DNA from: the human T2T-CHM13v2.0 reference genome, Homo sapiens
DNA: 64,000 bases
Assembly: GCF_009914755.1 (NCBI RefSeq)
Contig: NC_060937.1
Reading direction: 5' to 3' (one strand)
Under the pieces are notes generated by a model. That model was not told the origin of the DNA and ran no database searches. It was given only the letters and a program-made list of their open reading frames with translations. This document shows positions 52,827 to 64,000 of the stretch, one piece after another (position 1 is the stretch's first letter; each line of letters starts with the position of its first letter). Both the position numbers and the translations under genes were made by a program.

Positions 52827-53667
52827 TCTGGGGTCCTAAATAAACTTGAAGGGCAGTCTAAGTCACAAAGACTGCACCTCCTAGGCAAATCGTAGTGCTG
52901 TGCTAGGCTCAGAGCAAAGGCCTTGGGGAAAGAGGGTGGGTACATGAACTGGTGAGACCTGTTTTTTTTTGTATCTGTCCTTGAGAATGCCTTCCAGGTA
53001 TTCAAAAGGACTTGTGTGTTGTGATCTAAGTTTTTAGTACTGTAGCAGAATCTGCATTAAAGGGCACTCTCAAGCACAATAACACTGTCATTCTGGTAGC
53101 CTTGTAGAGATACCACCTTTGTAGTCTTGGATAAGTTCCAGAAGAATTCTCTGGATTACCAGAGACTCTTGTTCTCTTCCCTTACTTTTTCCCCAAGCAA
53201 ATGAAGTTTCTTTCTGTATTGAGCCGCCTGGAGCTAGGGGAGATGTGACACAAGCACTCCTTTGGCCGCCACCAAAGAGTTTCCTCCTGGCCCAGGCTGT
53301 GTCCAGAAATGTCATCCAGGAGCTAGGGCTTGGAATGAAGGCTTCACAAGTCTTCCTGGTGCCCTATCCTACTGTGGCTGAGCTTGTATTCAAGTTACAA
53401 GACAAAGCTGTCTTTACTCTTTCCTTTCCTCTCCCCAAGTGAAAGGAAGAGGTTTCTTTTGGAGCTGTGAGCTGCACTGCCTAGGTTTGGGGGAGAGGTG
53501 GCACTAACACTCCCTTAACTGCGCCAGCTGGTATCTCACCAGGTCATGTACCCACCCCCTCCTTCCCCAAGACCTTTTGCTCTGAGCCTAGCACAGCACT
53601 ACGATTTGCCTAGGAGGTGCAGTCTTTGTGACTTAGACTGCCCTTCAAGTTTATTTAGGACCCCAGA
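52827..53667. repeat. Inverted repeat: arms 52827-52957 and 53534-53667, spacer 576 bp
   Basis: Left arm is the reverse complement of the right arm; outer 92 bp identical; the ORF track shows the same peptide (FALSLAQHYDLPRRCSLCDLDCPSSLFRTP) on both strands. Confidence 0.95.
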
Positions 53668-55356
53668 GAACATTAGCCTGCACTGGCAAAGCTTGCTGAA
53701 ACTCAAGGTGCAACAGTTGGGATGGGCTTTTCCCCTCTCTCTAGGGCTCAAGTAAATGCTCTGTGGGCACCAGCTGAGTTCTACCCAGAGTTGTTTTACA
53801 CTGCAAAAGGGCAACACTGAGTTCCAATGCAAAGTTCCACAGTAACTGTGCTCTCTCTCTCACAAGCACATAGATTTGCTCTCTGTGCCATGTCTATTTG
53901 TCAGGGTCTTGTGGCTGTCAAGGGAATGATGGAGGGGTCGTGTCAGCAATTAAGACTTTTTTTTTCCTGCCCTCTTTTGTGGCTCTTTCAGCAATATGAA
54001 GTTATAACCAGGTACTGTGATTGCTCACTTAATTTTTGGTTCTCATGAAGGAGCTTTTTTATGTAGATAGTTGTTGATTTTGGTGTTCCTGTCTGGAAGG
54101 CTATCAGTAGAGGTTTCTACTAGGCCATCTTGCTCTGCCTCCTCCTGATACCTAAAGTAGCATCTCCCTAGTATTATATTTAGGGTGTCAGTCCATTTTA
54201 TTTTCTCTTACTTGGCATAAACTTCTACTAAATAATATAATCATGAAGACAAAGATGATGGTCCCGTTAAGTACTATGATTTTACAAATAGTGTTAATAT
54301 ACTGGCTTTTGATGAACAATTGACCAAAGCTGTATCAGAAACCATATCAGGTTTCTGATATGAATTGAAACTGATAATCTTTAAATGTTCATGCACAGTC
54401 ATTATTCGATTATTCAGCATTTGCTATGGACTAATGATTTAAAGCATTTAATTAAATTTTTTATTTACTTGTTGTTTCACTACTTCATTGTTTGAAATCA
54501 TTTTTATTTATGGGGGGAAATACAAAAGGAGAGTAAGAGGCATCATTAAAGAATTAATCAGCCCTGAATCTAGATGCCACTGCTGTTTCAGAATTTATAA
54601 GATGCTATATATTGGGCTGGGTTAAGCAGCTGAGCAAAAGATAACTGTTCTATTACTTTATGTATAACAACAATATGAACTTTCTGTATAATTTTAAATC
54701 ATTTCCATGTAACATTGATTATTGATATGGTTGGATTTAAAGTTTTCAGTTCGTTTTTTTTTCTGCTTGTTTTATCTACTCTTTTTCCAAACCCTTTCTC
54801 CTTTCTCTGTCTTCTTTTTGATTAACTATTTTTTAATAATTGCATTTTATTCCCCTTTTTGGCCTTATAGATAAAACTCTTGTATTTTTTTTGTTAGTGG
54901 TTTCTTGAGGTTTTATAGTACAGAACTTTAACTTACTGGCATCTTCTTTCAAGTGTTATTATGCTACTTCTCACAATATAAGAACTTTAAAACATTGTAC
55001 TTTCATTTGTTTTCTAACATTTGTGCTATTGTTGTCATATAGTTTATTTACACATGTATAATAAATCCATTCTAAAGTGTTGTTATTTTTGTTTAAACCG
55101 TCATTTAAAATAAAAAGTGGTTTAAATAGTAAGAAAATAATCTTATATATTAGCTCATGCAGTTATTGTTTTCTATGTTCATCATTTCATTGTGCAGATG
55201 CACATTCTATCTGATATAATTTTCCTTCTGCCTGAAGAACTTCCTTTAACATTTCTTGTAGTATGTGTCTGATATTGATGACTTATTTTAATTTTTTTAA
55301 ACATATGAGTAAGTTTTTATTTTGCCTTCATATTTGAAAGAGAGACATTTGGCTAG

Positions 55357-56076
55357 TGTTACGGTGTGGGTATTTGGCCCTCCAAACATTATGTTGGAAG
55401 TTGATCCACTATGTTGAGGTTGTGGCCTAATGAGAAGTGTTGGGTCATGGGAGTGGATCCCTCATGAGTGGCTTGGTGTTGTCCTGGCAGTAATCAGTGA
55501 GTTCTGGCATTATTAGTTCCCACAGATGTTCCCCCATGAGTGAGTTGTTAAAAAGAGCCTGGTACCTTCCCCCCTGCCTCTTGCTTCCTTGGTTACCATG
55601 TAATGTCTGCACATGCCAGCAACCCTTCACCTTCTGTCATGAGTAAGAGACTTCTGAGTCCCCCCTCAGAAGCAAATATTGGAAATATTTTTGTATAGCA
55701 TGTAGAACTGTGAGACAATTTTTATTTATTTATTTTTTTAAATAAATTACCCAGTTTTGGGTATTTCTTGTTTTTTTTTTTGACAGAGTCTCCCTCTGTC
55801 ACCCAACCTGGAGTGGAGTGGTGCTATCTCTACTCACTGCAAGCTCCACCTGCCAGGTTCAAGTGATTCTCTGGTCTAAGCTTCCTGAGTAGCTGGGACT
55901 ATAGGTACAGGCCACCATGCCTGGGGCTATTTTTTTTTTTTTTTTTTTTGCATTTTTAGTAGAGACAGGGTTTCACCATGTTGACCAGCTGGTCTTGAAC
56001 TCCTGACCTCAAGTGATCCACCCGGCTCAGCCTCCCAATAGGTATTTCTTTATAGCAACACAAATGGACTAAGACA
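55357..56076 (+). mobile_element. MSTB-like MaLR solo LTR interrupted by an Alu
   Basis: tgttacggtgtgg..ccctccaaa ... gggtcatgggagtggatccctcatga ... tatagcaacacaaatggactaagaca. Confidence 0.85.
55770..56038 (-). mobile_element. 5'-truncated AluS nested in MSTB
   Basis: Antisense Alu lacking its first ~35 nt; TSD ggtatttctt at 55760-55769 and 56041-56050. Confidence 0.9.
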
Positions 56077-56177
56077 GGTGAGTAGAGAACGCTATAGTGT
56101 TTTTATTTTATTTTTTAATTTTTTTAATTGCTGTGCTGTTTTCTTGCTTATATTGTATTTTACAACAAATCTGCTAC

Positions 56178-56490
56178 CTTTCTTTTTTTTTTTTTTTTTT
56201 TTTTTGAGACACAGTCTCTCTCTGTTGCTCTGTCACCCAGGCTGGAGTGCAGTGGCACGATCTCTGCTCACTGGAAGCTCCGCTTCCTTGGTTTACACTT
56301 CTGCCTCAGCCTCCCGAGTACATGGGACTACAGGTGCCCGCCACCACGCCTGGCTAATCTTTTTTATTTTTAGTAGAGATGGGGTTTCACTGTGTTAGCC
56401 AGGATGGTCTCGGTCTTCTGACCTCGTGATCCTCCCACGTCGGCCTCCCAAAGTGCTGGGATTACAGGCGTGAGCCACCACACCTGGTCC
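56178..56490 (-). mobile_element. AluY/Sc-like
   Basis: gttagccaggatggtctcgg..gacctcgtgatcc; poly(T) head. Confidence 0.92.
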
Positions 56491-58145
56491 AAATCTTCTG
56501 CCTTTCTAAACTTTTCTCCTTTGCACACAATGCATCTTCTATCACCTGGCTGCATTTAGATTTTAATGTAAATTAAAATCATTTTTAAATCATTGGTTTT
56601 AAGTAATTTATGATTTGAATTAATTTTTTTCTTTCATTTCTTGTTCTCAGAGTTTTTCAATATTTTTGAATCTCTGAGGTAATACTTGTCATTTAATGTG
56701 GCAATTTTCCAGCAAGTATTTTCTTAAAAAAAAGTTTGCATTCTCTACCACATCACTCTCTGCTATGATGACTAATAAATCACAATTTTACTAAGACTTT
56801 TCTGGTTTTGAACCTAGAAGTCCCACATCAATGGAAATTCCATTCTTGGCAAGACTAGATAGTGTAGTCACTCTATGCTTTCTTCTTTCCTTTGGGATAT
56901 TCTACATACATTAGACTATTGTATTTTTTTTCATGGCACACTGATGCTGTTTTCAAATTTTTAAAAAGTATTTTTTCTTTTTATTTTTCCTTTTGCATAG
57001 GTTTTAATGCTATGTCATCAAATTTATTAATATTTTCTTCTGCAATTTCTAGTCTGCTATTAATACAAATCATATATTTCACTTCAGATAGTGCATTTTT
57101 CATATCTAGAAGTTTGGTTTCATTCTGTTTTTATATCTTCCATGTTTCTAAATAGCTTTTCAACATATGGAACACAATTATAATACATTTTTAATTGCTT
57201 TGTATGATAATTCTAACATCTGTGTTAATTCTTGGGAAGTTTCAATTGATTATCTCCTCATTGGGTTGTAGTTTCCCATTTCTTTTCATGACTGTTAATT
57301 TTCTATTGGATCCCAGATGCTGTGAATTTTACCTTGTTGGGTTCTGGATATGGACGTTTTACAATCTTACGTATATTCTTGAAATTTATTGTGAGATAAA
57401 ATACTTGACTTGGAAACATCTTTTCTCCTTTCAGGTGTTGCTTTTATTTTTTTCTATTGGAATGAAGCAGTGTTCTGTCTAAAACAAATTATATCTCACT
57501 ACTGAGGCAGAAGTTTTCTGTTTACTCTACCCAGTGTCCCATGAATAATGAGATTTTACAGGCTGACTGATGGGAACAAGCATGATTTCCAGCTCCGTGT
57601 GAGTGCTGTACACTGTTAGCTTTAGTCTTTATAATTGTTTCTTTCCTTGGCCTTGGATTGTTTCCTCATGCTCATGAGCTCATTGGTATTCATCTGAATA
57701 CTTAAGAGGGATCTTCTGAAAATCTTTGGAGATTTTTCTCCTTCCTAGTCTCTCATTTGTTATACTCAGTTCTGCAAATTCTAGATCTCTTGTTATTCCT
57801 GCATCCGCAGTTTGTCTCCTCAACTTAGGGAGTCCACTGGTCTATGCCTTTCCTCCTTGCCATGTGGCTTGGAAGTTCTTTCAAGTCTGTGGCTTGGTTC
57901 ATCACAGTGCTCATTTCCTTTGGTTTTTACTTCTCAAGAACCAGTGCGTTTCAAAGCCTTATGTTCAGTATCCTGCAAACCCTTGTTTTATATATTTGGC
58001 TATTTTTTTTCATTGTTTTATCTGGAAAAGTAAATCTGGGTCCTGTCTTTTTCATTTTGATCAGAAGTAGAAGTCATATATGTATAATTTATTTGTTTGT
58101 TTTATTAATTCTGCCAACCAAGGAGTAGTTTAAAAGGTCATACTA

Positions 58146-58440
<295 letters not shown>

Positions 58441-61154
58441 AAAAGGTCATACTAACTATATTACACAAATCATGATCAAAGTTAATTTATATATACTTCA
58501 TCAAATGAACTAAAATGCCAATCTGTATATATCACTTTAAATGTGTTACTTATTAGTATATGCTTAATGTTATGTCATATATGTATATTTGTATACATAC
58601 ATATACTTCTAATTATTGTTATGTGTATATGTACTGAATGACAACTGTGTGCTTAGGTTTATGTTAGATGTCCTGAGAATACAAAAACCAACAGGGTTGT
58701 GATCAGTCAACTTTGTGATCTGCACAATTTTTATGGAAAGCGGTCTTGTTACATAAAAGTTAAATAACTTGAAGAGCAAGGTAAATGAGTAGTAATGAGA
58801 AAGAGAGATGAATACTTTTTGCAGAAGTTCTGAAGACAAATTATGAGAAATTATTAATGGATTTAATCCTTTATGCTGTTCTTTTTGCTTGAAAATATTT
58901 ATGTTCATGTATATATTTTTCATTTAGTAACACATTAGTGTAAGTGCAGGGATAAGGGATGGAGGATTATCTGTAATATTTCTTCTCCTTTCGTCCTTAG
59001 TAATTTTACCTCAATTTTTAGGTGATCAGCAACAGTTCAAAACAGAGACTACATTACTCTATCATCCTTGAAGCTAAGTGTGATCATTTGACGAAAGTTA
59101 ATTCAAGTTAAATATAAGTGAAAAGTGATATGGTAATTTCCATGAATGATCCGTAAGAGATAGTTGGAGCCTAAGCTGAGCCCACACTTATTTGTTTCTG
59201 CTTTCATCCTCTTTACTTGGATATGAATCCCACCAAGTTATCTTTCAAATCCTAAAGGTGGCAGATTGATTAAGTGAAAGGAGTCAGGATTTCCAAGGAT
59301 ATTGTACCATTGCTGCTTACATAATGACATTGATCTCAGAGAAGAATCAACTTCTATCTTGTTTAAGCTGTTGCATTTTTTGTCTCTGTAATTATCAGCT
59401 AAACTAATTTTTACTGATATACTGTGTTACCAGCTTATACTTAATTGATTAATGTTTCTTATCTAGATTATAAAATAGTCTTTTTAACCAGTAAAATCTG
59501 TCTTTACAGTCAAACATTCCATATTTTAAAAGTCCCATCATTGATGATTAAATACTTAATATATTTAAGACTCTTTCTGGGGTTCTAGAAGAAAAAATAC
59601 AAAGGTGACCAGCTGAGGGAATCACTGGGCATGAGGAAAGAGTTCTCTTTTTTGTGTATAATAAAGATTTCAACTTGTAAGGCATCACTAAATTACAACA
59701 TGTATGGGCATTAGCCTGGAAAAGCAAATGATTTGTCCACAGTTCCTCTGGCTTATAATTTACCTGGAACAACCATTAGGTAGATGCCGGACATTGTTTA
59801 TTCTTTACTTCTGGTGTTCAATGACTATAACAATGAGGCTAATACATCTCTGATCACAAATTAATCACTTTACAAATCACTTTTGAGAGAAAGGAGTTTT
59901 CCTCTGGGCTATACTAGAAAGTTAACTTTGTTAGTCAATTAGTTTTGTGCATTTTCACAGTGTGGGGAAAAAAAGTTGGTAGATATATTTCTAGACAGGA
60001 TTATTTTCCTATAGATCAGAGTTATTTTGTTATTCACTCATTAATATTTAAAACCATCACAATCATATAGACAAAAAAAGATTGATACAATTTTCAGAAA
60101 AAAATACTAACAGTAAGCATAATAAATAAACTAAATGAAAAAAGGAACAATATCAGAATTTAGTAATCTTTCTCTTCTCAGGTTGAAAAGAGGTTACAGG
60201 CTCTTATCTTCAAATTTTAGCCCCCCTCAGTATTCAAGAAGAAATTCTAAGATATTTTTGATAAAATAAAAAACCTCCCACCACCACAGTTTGTATAGAG
60301 AATAATCCTTGGATGCTTTAATATAGAATGTTTCCTTACATGAAATATTTATCCTATAATAGATTGCTTGTCCTACCCTGACTCTGAAATTCAACTCTAA
60401 AGCAAATTTTGTTATGCAGGACTCTCACACAAAACTGCTTTCACATCTGTCATTGTCCTCTGCAAGGCAAGCTTTGAGTCTGTACTATATTTATTATGCA
60501 AATTTCTTTGAAATCTGTGTGCAGGTGTCTTTTGCCTTTCAAAATTAGTTTGCATATTAAATGTTGCATAGAAAATGATGGCCCACAAACTTTCACAGTT
60601 TTGGTCTTAATGAGAGACTGTAGAATAAAATGTATTGGATATTCAGGGTAATTCACACACAGTGGAAACAATGAAAAATACTCTAGCAAGTCCTCTGTTT
60701 CATGCTATACAAGTTGAAGAAAGCAGATATTACTCAACGTGTTTTTCTCAATTATTGCATTTTATTTGTAAAATATCTGAATAAGCAGAAATAGTACAAT
60801 CCTTGCTAGAAGCATTTTTGTATGATTGTTTTTGTTTTTTCTCCAAATTTACTTTTTTCCAAGTGGCAAAATTGCTTCAAGATGTCAAATATGAACGTAC
60901 TTTAAAAATGACTAAATCCTTTATAAAACATTTATAAGAACAATAAAGCATTGGAGCATTGTTGTAATAAAAGATTTTAAAGAAATAAGGTATAAGTCAG
61001 CAAATAAATTAATATCTAATTTTAAACATTACAGAAATGAACTAATCACCCTAGTCCTTTTTTCTTTGGTAAAACCTGAATTACATGATCATGAGTAAAA
61101 AATATTTTTTTAAATACTTGTATGTAATATTTAAATACCATTTAAAAAGCAATT

Positions 61155-63104
61155 CAGGACTTTCTGTTTTAGCTCCAACATGTAAAATGCTTGGAAGTGA
61201 GCTCTCCCATTCTTTCAATAAGAAAAAATGATGAATACACTGGAAATGAATTTTCTTGGATCCATTAAAGAAAATAACTGAGATTTCAGGGCAAATCACC
61301 ACCTGAGAATCTGAAGAGACAGGCAAATTCACAGAGTGACAATTCAGATCAGGTTACTTGGAGCAGGAACTGCTGGAGCCATTAACTGCTAGGAACAATT
61401 AAATGATATTGTTGACAAATTGCTGGAGGCTGAATGTAGACTAGTATGAGAGTAAAAAACTACTGTAGGGAGGAAAAAGTTGGGGAGAGTCCACACTTTT
61501 GTAGGTTTAACCTCCAGGAACCCCACCATGTTCAAGTGCAAATTGGACAAAGATCCCATCTTGGCTCTTGCAAGGCAAGTGGAAAAGGTATCATTGTGAA
61601 ATACACATATAATGTTCTTCAAAACAAAGACCTACTGTCCAGGGAAAAAGGCTCTACCTGGTCCTTAACATACTTGGATGAAAGTGATTTCTTTGACCCT
61701 AGCCCTCTCTAGCTTACTTCAACCTAAGGAGACTGGAGCGATTTGGGTAACAAACAAAAAAATTGTTCAGGTCATAGTTGAGGGGCACAGGATCACTAAA
61801 CAATTAACACTAAATCATAAGATTATATAATGCTTCACTTCTCCAATATTTTAGCCCCATATCAATAGAGTTCCTGTATAAAAACAATGGACTACAACTA
61901 AAAGAACCGGAAGAATCAGACTCAATCTAAGAGTTCTTAGGGAAACCTACAGTAACAGTGGAGGCAAAAACAAGGATTCCAGCAGCATCAGATACCTCTG
62001 ACTCCTACAGTTATAGGAAGAATTAATCATAGCAGAATGCTTACTCAGAACAACCTAAACCTCACACTAAAGAACCTGCTAACTCATTTTGCACTATTTA
62101 ATACATAATAATAATTATTATAATTGTTAGTATAATTATTACAAATACTTGCAAAGCATCTAAAAGACAAGGAAATGACATACAGTTTGAAGGGACAAGA
62201 CAGGCATCAGAATTAGCCTTAGATATTCTACAGATTTTAAAATTGACAGGAAGCTGAAATAACTATGATTAATATGTTAAAAACTCTAATGGCACATAAG
62301 TAGACAGTAGGCAAGAACAAACAAATAATGTAAGTAGAGAAGTGAAAAATCTTAAAAAGAATCAAAAGTGAAATACACGAAGAATGAAAAACACGAAGAG
62401 AAATGAAAAATGCCTATAATAGATTTATCAGTAGACTGGAAATAGATAAGGCAAGAATTTGTGAGCTGGAAGATAAGATTGAAATTTTGCAAATGGAATT
62501 GCAGGTAGAAAATATAAGGTAGAATTCTGAACAGAATATCCAAGTACCAAGAACAGCGGTATAGTTTCAAAAGGTATAGCATACATGCGATGGGGATACC
62601 TGAAGGAGAAAAAAGTAATACAGAAAAAGAAATAATATGTATAGTAATAATGGCTGAAAACTTTTGAAAATTAATGACAGAAATTAAAACATAGATCCAA
62701 GAAACTCAGCAAACCCAAAGCAGGATAAATAACAAAAAATATACTCCTAGGCATATCATTTTCAAACTGAAGAAAATGAAAGACCAACAGTACATCTCAA
62801 AAGAAGCTGTGGGGTAAGGAGGATTACCTGAACAGTAACAAGAGTAAGAATTATTGTGAACTTTATGTCAGAATCCATGCAGTAATAAGACAGTTCAGTG
62901 AAATATTTTAAATGCTGAATGAAAAAAATAACATCAATGTAGAATAATAAATCCAGTGAAATTATCCTTGTTTACTCATGAACAAGAAATGAATTTTCTC
63001 AGATAAGCCATAATGGTGGAAATTTATCAATAGACCTTCCTGTTAAGAATTTTAAATACTTTTCTTTAGGCAGAGGAAAATTACGTAGTTCTTGGATGTA
63101 CATT

Positions 63105-63136
<32 letters not shown>

Positions 63137-64000
63137 CGAGAAAGGAAAAGGGGAAGAGAACATTGGAGAAGTAAATGAAGGCAAATAATTATTTAAAATT
63201 CCTAATTAACTTAAGAATAATACTGTTCCTTTAATTGATATTATATAATTGATATTATATAATAATATACTGGAAGATTATAGCATATGGATAATTTAGA
63301 TGAATGACAGGAATGTCATAAATGATGGTAGGAAGGAATTGGAACTACTCTGTTAAAAGATACCTGCACTACTCATAAAGTGAATAGTATTATCTGAAGA
63401 TAGACATAAATTAGTTAAAATTGTATATTGCAAGCTATATAGGGCAAACAGGAAAATAAATTTAAAAATAACTCATTGATATGCTAAGGCAAAAGTTAAA
63501 AGCAAATCATAAAATTCTCAGTTAAAACCAGAGAAGAAAGAAAAATACTAGGAATTAAAATGAAGCACAGAACACATTCAATGAATAGAAAACTGTTACA
63601 AATATGAAAGGTATTAATCCAACTATATCAATTATCACTTTAAATAGGAATCATGAAAATATACCAACTAAAAGAGAAAGTTTTTCAGAATAATAAAAAA
63701 AGTCTCTATTATATGTTGTCTAAAGGAAATCTACATTAAATATCAACGCAGCTTAAAAGTAACGGTTTAGAGAAAGATACAACTTCAATACAAATCAGAA
63801 GAGACCCAGAGTAGCTCTATTAATTTCAGACAATGCATACTGCAGAACATTGAAAAAATATCCTATTCAAACGAGGAATGGAAAAAATTATCAGTTTAAA
63901 AGGTATTATAAAATAATGACAAAAGGGTCAATTCTCTAAGGTATCATGACAATCTTTAATATGTATGCGCCTAATAGCAAGACATTAAATTATAAATGGC
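61155..64000 (+). mobile_element. Old L1M(C/D)-like element: 5'UTR, ORF1 relic and start of ORF2, running off the window
   Basis: ataatggctgaaaacttttgaaaattaatga..atagatccaagaaactcagcaaacccaaagcaggataaat (ORF1); atatcaattatcactttaaat ... aatatgtatgcgcctaat (endonuclease NIYAPN-like). Confidence 0.75.

Larger units (their letters stand above)
47595..54146 (-). mobile_element. L1MA(2/3)-like LINE-1 spanning 5'UTR to 3' end, with internal deletions, two Alu insertions and an inverted duplication
   Basis: 5' start ggaggaggcagagcaagatggcc (rc of about 54123-54145); ORF1 remnant NLEKDINIQIQEGYRTP..RHLIIKLPKAKDKEWIL (51671-52006); RT remnant [26 protein letters not shown] (49564-49776); ORF2 C-terminus [18 protein letters not shown] (47970-48287); L1MA-type 3' end. 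Confidence 0.9.
54700..58050 (-). mobile_element. Old L1M(C/E)-like relic interrupted by MSTB and Alus
   Basis: ttttccttctgcctgaagaacttcctttaacatttcttgtagt and ttttcttctgcaatttctagtctgctattaa antisense L1 motifs; boundaries approximate. Confidence 0.65.

Noticed and set aside
47595-54146. Active or intact LINE-1
   Set aside because: ORF1 and ORF2 are fragmented, with large deletions and Alu insertions

Overview
AT-rich, repeat-dense primate (almost certainly human, given a young AluYa5-type insertion) intergenic or deep-intronic DNA. I can support no cellular protein-coding gene, RNA gene or CRISPR-like array. The main feature is a two-LTR HERV-W (LTR17/HERV17) provirus at 19836-27947 (+), flanked by a 4-bp TSD (ATAA) and inserted into an old L1MA 3' fragment. 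It has a long pre-gag leader with a foreign pol/RNase H remnant, stop-riddled gag-pro-pol, a double deletion of integrase and env, and a mismatch-free duplication/triplication in RNase H that looks much younger than the provirus. The rest is L1 (including a 5'-to-3' spanning L1MA on the minus strand with a 131-bp inverted templated duplication), about 18 Alus, ERVL/MaLR solo LTRs (MLT2A x2, THE1, MLT1 x2, MSTB), L2/MIR/MER3 relics and microsatellites. The most notable unexplained signals are three independent templated-copy scars (26156-26503, 42667-42711, 52827-53667). I found no convincing novel biological system. Family and subfamily calls rest on recalled consensus sequences, not a database search, and old-repeat boundaries are approximate.
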